DNA of 61,405 nucleotides, counting the filler, from Rhabdomonas costata (Eukaryota): NCBI GenBank assembly GCA_019059605.1. It is 19 parts of 19 records of this genome, joined end to end, with 100 filler letters (N's around TTAATTAATTAA, not from the genome) between each part and the next. Parts side by side here need not be neighbours in the genome. Positions count along the whole stretch, not along the records: positions 55,044 to 58,173 come from JAHMHO010001317.1; positions 58,274 to 61,405 come from JAHMHO010001318.1; 17 more parts are not named here. One strand, given 5' to 3'. Below the pieces are notes generated by a model. The model saw only the letters and a list, made by a program, of their open reading frames with translations, made no database searches and was not told the DNA's origin. A program made the position numbers and the translations under genes. This document shows, piece after piece, positions 55,901 to 61,405 of this stretch. Position 1 is the stretch's first letter. Each line of letters opens with the position of its first letter.

Positions 55901-58900
55901 CAAAGTTGTCAAAGTGTCAAAGTTGAGCGAACTGACGTGTGCCAAAGTTGAGCGTGCAGTATGGTAATGCATGGGTGTTGTGTATGTAGTGGTGGTGTGG
56001 TAGTGGTAGGAGGTCATGGAACTAACTCGTAGCGTGGTGGTGTACAGTATGCTCGGATCGTGTTATTGAAGAGTTATTCCTTGAGCTGGGCGCTGACCTT
56101 GTCGCTCCCGTGCCTTTCTTGTGCCCGTCCTTTCTCCTCCCGTGCCTCACTTTTCCCGCAGCTTCTTGCCAGCGTGAAGTCCCTGGACCTTAGCTCTTCA
56201 GAGAGGTCCCTTTTTTTAGGCTCATTAGGGGGGGACTCTTTCCTCGTCTCGTGTTCGGCTTCCACCTGTCGAATGAGGGAAAACTCAAATGTTTCGGCCA
56301 TAGCAACGCGGCAGCCTCGTGCAAATTCGCCCCTAACAGAGAGTTTTGCTCCTCCTCCCAACTGCTGTTGTCGATGTTGATGTTTTTTTGCAAGATCCCG
56401 ATCCCGTTTACCGTCTTTCATGGCATCCTTCAAAAAGCGATTGCGCACGGCTTATGGTTTGTTTTTTTTTTAACCTTGGCATGCCCCACGTCCAAATACC
56501 TTCACACATATGTGCATGCACCAGTGTTCATCTCCGCTCCCTTTTTCCCCTCCAATGTTTTTGGCTCCTGCAGTGTCTTCCGGCTTGAGGCCTCTCATCC
56601 GATCGAAACCAGTCTCCGCAAAAGAGAGCGGTCTCTAGCGGTACCATTCCCACCACCATCACCACCACCCCCTTCTCGGCAAGCGTTGGGCAAAAACGAG
56701 TAAAACTTACAAAATGGCTCCGTCACAGTTCCACCAAAAAGGCCTTTAAGCTCAGATACGGAAGGTAGAGGATGGAAGAGTCATCGAAAGTCGACTGGTA
56801 ACGGTGAAAGAGTGTGGTGGAGTTCCATCCCGTTCCATCCCGAAAGTATATGGCAGAGTTTTTAAAAAATTCATTTGGACAAAAAGTATGCAGTAATTTT
56901 GTTGGTTTCTCATTCTGTGAGTTGAAGCTGCTGAGCGTCCAAAGTGTGAATTTCAGGAAGACTTTTTTCTGGAGGGCAAAGCCGAAAGAAACACTGCCGG
57001 AAATGTATTAGAAAATGGCATGCCGTATGCCACGAAAATGGCACCCCAGCACGCAAAACGCCCACATGCAAAGTCTGGGCGGGAGGTAGCATACGCCACG
57101 GGTGAGGGTACTCCACGTAAAACCGCTGCGCGCCGTAGAACTTCGATTTGCTCTTCTGCAATCGCCATGCCCCACCCACAGATCCAGACAAACCACACAC
57201 ACACAGACGTCCCCTCAGTGCCAAGCGACGCTTGACCTCGTACGGTAGTCCCAGTGCAGGTGTCATTTTTCTTTTGCTTTTTCGATTCACTTTAATATCA
57301 TGGAGCCCGGATAGTGCACTTCCTGCATTACCCCCTATTTAGTTTCCCGAAGTTTCCACAACGACCATTGAAATTGCATCTTTGGCGTTCTTTGCGTCTT
57401 TGGTGTATGTTTTAACCATTGCAAAACTTTTGTACCTGTGACGCAGTGCCGTGGGTTTCTTTCGTGTGTGTTTATGACAAATATGACCAGCATGGCCTAA
57501 GAGGCAAGTTGTCTTCGGTCAACCGCAATTCTTAGACCAGGCACTTCCGCCTGAGGTATAACATGGAGACGTGTCCAATTTTACTCAAAGAACTCGGGGT
57601 GAGAATAAAAAAAATTGGGTCTCGTTGGCCCCAAAAGGGATTAAGGGAATCTCTCCCCATGCTTGTTGCTTTGTTGCTTTCCTGGGCAATTTGATTTGTG
57701 GTTGAGAGTGCAAAGGGCACAGGCCCAAAAACGAGCAAGAAGGGGGGCCTACCACTTAGTGACCGTTAAAGGTGACTCAATACTTCGAAACTCGATCACA
57801 ACCCACGTTCGTGGCGCCTGCTTTGCGGGCCCACCCATGGCTCCTTTGCTGGGCGGGGGTCCTTGGACAATTACACACACGCACACTTGGTCACTTGGCC
57901 ACTCGGCAAGGATTTTAGGGGGAAGACTCGAGGTTGACTTCCACCCTGGACTCCCACCTTCCCATGAGGCATGGGCCCATCGGGCCTCACACCGTGGTCG
58001 GTCCACGGTGCCTTGTCCTCTCTATTGTCACCTAGGGTTCGCTTATCCCGTGTGACCCCCGATCCACGTAAGTGTACGCCCAATTGGTGCGTTTAGAGAT
58101 CTCTTTGTGGGTACGCAACCTTCCGGGCTCGTTGCTCAGCCCCTTGGGCCCGGAAGGTTGCGTACCCACAACCNNNNNNNNNNNNNNNNNNNNNNNNNNN
58201 NNNNNNNNNNNNNNNNNTTAATTAATTAANNNNNNNNNNNNNNNNNNNNNNNNNNNNNNNNNNNNNNNNNNNNTAAAAGCAAATATCTGGGATTGCTTTG
58301 TTAACCCCAAAAGCCTTAAGCAGACAGTATGAATGATTGCAAATCAGGGTTGAAGCGCAGCAAAAGGTGAAAGGAGGCATTTCAACGGTCGTCCAAATCC
58401 AAAGGGCCGGGCAAGATGAAACACAGAAACAGATTACGGGCTCGCAAGGTATCCCAAAAGGTTCACGGTGCCACCACAGTTCGTCCTGTCATAGAACCCC
58501 AATGCCTGGAACTCATCGACGAGAGCTTTGTAACTACTTTATAGCGCGAGAATTAAGCGAGTTTACAGCCCCAAAGCCAACAACAGGTTCACGGCTGTAT
58601 AATGGGCGTGACGATTTGCCTGACCCTAACTCGAAGAGCGTGTGGGTCGCGGTTGACGTGCTAATCGCAAATGAAACGGGAGTGCTGCGAAAGAGCCCCT
58701 TGATGATCCTTACGTCGCTCAATTGTCAATATTGTCCCGAATTCTGGTAGTTGCAACCGCGGAATCGAGGTTCAAGCTTGGTAGAAGGTCAAGACGATGC
58801 ATTTGAGTGGGGCTAACGGTGATAGCCTTGGGGTGGTTTAGAGAAGCACAATACTACCTGCTAGGTCTCCACCCACCTACTCCGCAGGGAAGGGCCTCAC

Positions 58901-60207
58901 TGGCCAACATGGTCGCAATTGGTTCAGCTCTGCGTTAGGCTGGACTAAAAAGCAGAGATCAAAGTCTCCGCTGGAAGGGCCCAGACTGCGACCCTCACCA
59001 TGACCGAAATCAAAGAAATTAGCCCAATTGCTCGTGTCATCACTTTCGCGGGAGAGAAAGTTTGGGAGCCACCAGTGTCCGTTTATGAAGCAATAGAGAG
59101 TAGAGAGGGGGTCTGAGGCCCACAAATCCATGGAAGGGAGAGGCAGAAAAATAGGCGGCGGAGTGCCTCATACAAAAAACAGGCTGCCAAACAAAAAACG
59201 CCACACTAGCACTAGCACGCAAGCAACCCAAAAGAATTGCAATGGGAGGAGTACACCCATAACCTATTTACGACCAATCATTGCTAACTCCAGCAAATCC
59301 TTGCATCTATCAGCACGGCACAGTCTGAAGCAAAAGCCTTAAACTCAGCACTTCGAAATTAAAACTGTATGTTGCTCATTTGTTGTCGTGCCAACACCCT
59401 AAGAGCCTAACTTTTGGATGCCAATTCACTTAACATACTTCAAAAAGAACAACTTGACAGCCTACCTCAACCAATGGACGCCACTGAAAGAAACATGGAG
59501 TTGGGCATTGGATACAAAACTGTGCCGAACACCAGATGCATTTTCTGAGGCAACCTGGCTCATGATCATGGAACCCTGAACTAGCACCAGGCTTACCTAG
59601 CTCCTTCCCAACATTGGGGGGAAAATCCTCATAACAGCACGTCACATAGACACATGTGAAGGCAGTACACAAGGCAAGGCAATCCACCGGCATCGAGGCA
59701 GCGATGCACACATCATCCCGCAAAAGAAAAAAAAAGTCCTCCAAAAGATCGGGTACAAGGTGCCCGGCCATGTTACACCCATGAAATGGGGTATTATGAG
59801 ATCACAGTCACAGACCCAAGCGCAGGATAGGCCTTTCGCAGCACTCACAATCTGCCCCATCCATTTTGAGAAAAGAGGGGATATCACTTTTCAAATTCGG
59901 TGCCAGCGCGCTCGAGCGATTTACTTTGGCATACGCAGCTTTCGTAGAATCCACCGCTTCACCTGCAACGGCATCGATGTACTGCCACCATCAACGCAGT
60001 TTTATTTCCGAAAGAGACCCAGAAAGCAAGCCCCCCCCCAAAAAAAAAACCAGTTGTTCCAGCTTGAAGGAAGACGCAACCACACTTGGCAACAAGCACA
60101 AACAGAAATTCCAAACTTCGTGTTGATTGTTGTGTGCAATTCACCAGCACCCATAATGCGCATCTCCATCATCGTGATCACCAGGACCACTTCTGCTTCA
60201 GCTGCTA

Positions 60208-61203
60208 TCAATCCGGGGACAGCATCTGCCACAGCAGCTCCACAACCGCACTGTGGCCCTGCACACTCGCCCAAACCCCCGCAGTAAGCCCATTCCATTC
60301 CATGGACAAGTCCGCTCGGTGGCTTGCCAGCAGTTTCACGACACTGGAATGGCCCTGGAACGCTGCAACGATCAAAGGGGAACCAGTTTCCGACGCCAGG
60401 TTGACGTCGGCCTTGTGGTACAGCAGCAGCAACGCCATGTCGTGATGACCTTTGGAACAGGCAATGTAGAGAGGCGTACGACCATCTTTTATGGCCAAAT
60501 TGACGTCGGCCTTCTGGTGCAGCAGCAGCAACGCCGTGTCGCGGTGGCCATCCTGGCAGGCAATGAAAAGGGGCGTGACCCCGTCTTTTGTCGCACGATT
60601 GGGGTTGGCCTTGTGGCGCAGCAGCAGCTCCGCCATCTCGCGGTGGTCATCCTGACAGGCAAAGTAAAGCAGCGTGACTCCGTCTTTTGTCGTACGATTG
60701 GCGTCGGCCTTGTGGCGCAGCAGCAGCTCCGCCATTTTGAGGTGACCTTTGGAGCAGGCAACGTAAAGAGGCGTGCGACCATCTTTTATGGCCAAATTGA
60801 CGTCGGCCTTCTGGTGCAGCAACAGCTCCGCCATCTCGCGGTGGCCATCCTGACAGGCAATGTAGAGAGGCGTGACCCCGTCTTTTGTCGTACGGTTGGC
60901 GTCGGCCTTGTGATGCAGCAGCAGCTCCGCAGTGTCGCGGTGGCCATCCTGACAGGCAAAGTAAAGCAGCGTGACCCCGTCTTTTGTTGTACGATTGGCG
61001 TCGGCCTTGTGGCGCAGCAGCAGCTCCGCCATCTCGCGGTGGCTTTGGGAGCAGGCAATGTAAAGGGGTGTGACCCCGTCTTTTGTCGCATGATTGGCGT
61101 CGGCCTTGTGGCGCAGCAGCAGCAACGCCGTGTCGCAGTGGCCCTTCTGGCAGGCGATGTAGAGAGGTGTGAGCCCGTTTTTGTCCTCTAGGCTGACGTC
61201 CGC
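60208..61203 (-). CDS. Ankyrin-repeat protein, terminal exon with ~10 repeats (5' partial)
   Basis: Acceptor cgcag| at 61204/61203. 33-aa (99-bp) repeats KDGVTPLYIACQDGHREMAELLLRHKADAN... to TGA at 60208. Confidence 0.95.
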   Translation of the reverse strand, partial: ADVSLEDKNGLTPLYIACQKGHCDTALLLLRHKADANHATKDGVTPLYIACSQSHREMAELLLRHKADANRTTKDGVTLLYFACQDGHRDTAELLLHHKADANRTTKDGVTPLYIACQDGHREMAELLLHQKADVNLAIKDGRTPLYVACSKGHLKMAELLLRHKADANRTTKDGVTLLYFACQDDHREMAELLLRHKANPNRATKDGVTPLFIACQDGHRDTALLLLHQKADVNLAIKDGRTPLYIACSKGHHDMALLLLYHKADVNLASETGSPLIVAAFQGHSSVVKLLASHRADLSMEWNGLTAGVWASVQGHSAVVELLWQMLSPD

Positions 61204-61405
61204 CTGCGTGTGGAGACGAGATGTAGTTTGTAATTAGAGCTTCAGAGGACAACCCCTGCCGGGTTACTCTCCCCGGTGCAAATATAGAATGGGAGAATGT
61301 CGCTGAGACCCCCACTGATTTTTACCAAACAGTGGGGTCATTTACCCCACTTCACAAGACTCCACGTCATCTCAAAAGAAAGAGGAAGGGCAAGACCCAA
61401 AAAAA

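Larger units (their letters stand above)
9734..58171. repeat. Five contig-terminal inverted (fold-back) repeats, probably amplification/library artefacts
   Basis: Arm pairs: 9734-9757/9773-9796, 29164-29187/29306-29329, 51818-51842/51866-51890, 54784-54815/54895-54926 and 58105-58128/58148-58171. One arm always lies within about 20 nt of a contig end, and the five are unrelated in sequence. Confidence 0.85.
3145..58273. other. 18 artificial contig linkers (44 N + TTAATTAATTAA + 44 N) separating 19 unrelated contigs
   Basis: Identical 100-nt spacers start at 3145, 6387, 9628, 12868, 16107, 19344, 22578, 25821, 29058, 32294, 35526, 38770, 42006, 45248, 48482, 51714, 54944 and 58174. TTAATTAATTAA places stops in all six frames. 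Contigs are nearly equal in length (3130-3144 bp), as in a length-sorted concatenation. Confidence 0.99.

Noticed and set aside
55044-57300. ORF fragments and GTCAAAGTT repeats suggesting a retroelement or a WW-like exon (AWRLQKSKSKFYGAQRFYVEY)
   Set aside because: No diagnostic motif and no consistent exon chain could be built.
60253-61191. 312-aa plus-strand ORF and other long ORFs antisense to real genes (also 9922-10680, 11353-11895, 20819-21301)
   Set aside because: These are shadow frames of GC-rich or repetitive coding sequence on the opposite strand.
1-61405. Apparent co-occurrence of ART, TPR, Sel1, ankyrin and mobile elements as a defence island
   Set aside because: They lie on separate contigs concatenated by length, so adjacency is meaningless.

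Overview
This window is not one locus. It is 19 short contigs (about 3.13-3.14 kb each) joined by 18 identical 100-nt linkers (44 N + TTAATTAATTAA + 44 N), so nothing can be inferred from gene neighbourhood across linkers. The DNA is from an intron-rich eukaryotic microbe, and the G/T-rich contig starts, C/A-rich ends and terminal fold-backs suggest a whole-genome-amplified single cell. I assembled spliced gene fragments by hand: AP-2 alpha-adaptin, RPB7, UTP20, symplekin, a divergent NADP-isocitrate dehydrogenase, TPR, Sel1-like, RCC1-like and ankyrin proteins, and an ADP-ribosyltransferase-domain protein. Mobile DNA includes a decayed Helitron, an LTR-retrotransposon 5' end (LTR, tRNA-iMet PBS, degenerate gag) and a probable solo LTR. 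Three signals stand out. First, an intronless ~1000-aa protein made of 22 tandem 39-aa helical repeats (OPR/HPR/SKWP-like) behind a mitochondrial-type presequence, a candidate modular nucleic-acid reader. Second, a contig with a 127-bp terminal direct repeat, implying a 3,012-bp circle or tandem unit with no recognisable gene. Third, non-GT splice donors: GC in RPB7, and GA or GC in alpha-adaptin. All family assignments are from motif recognition; no searches were run.
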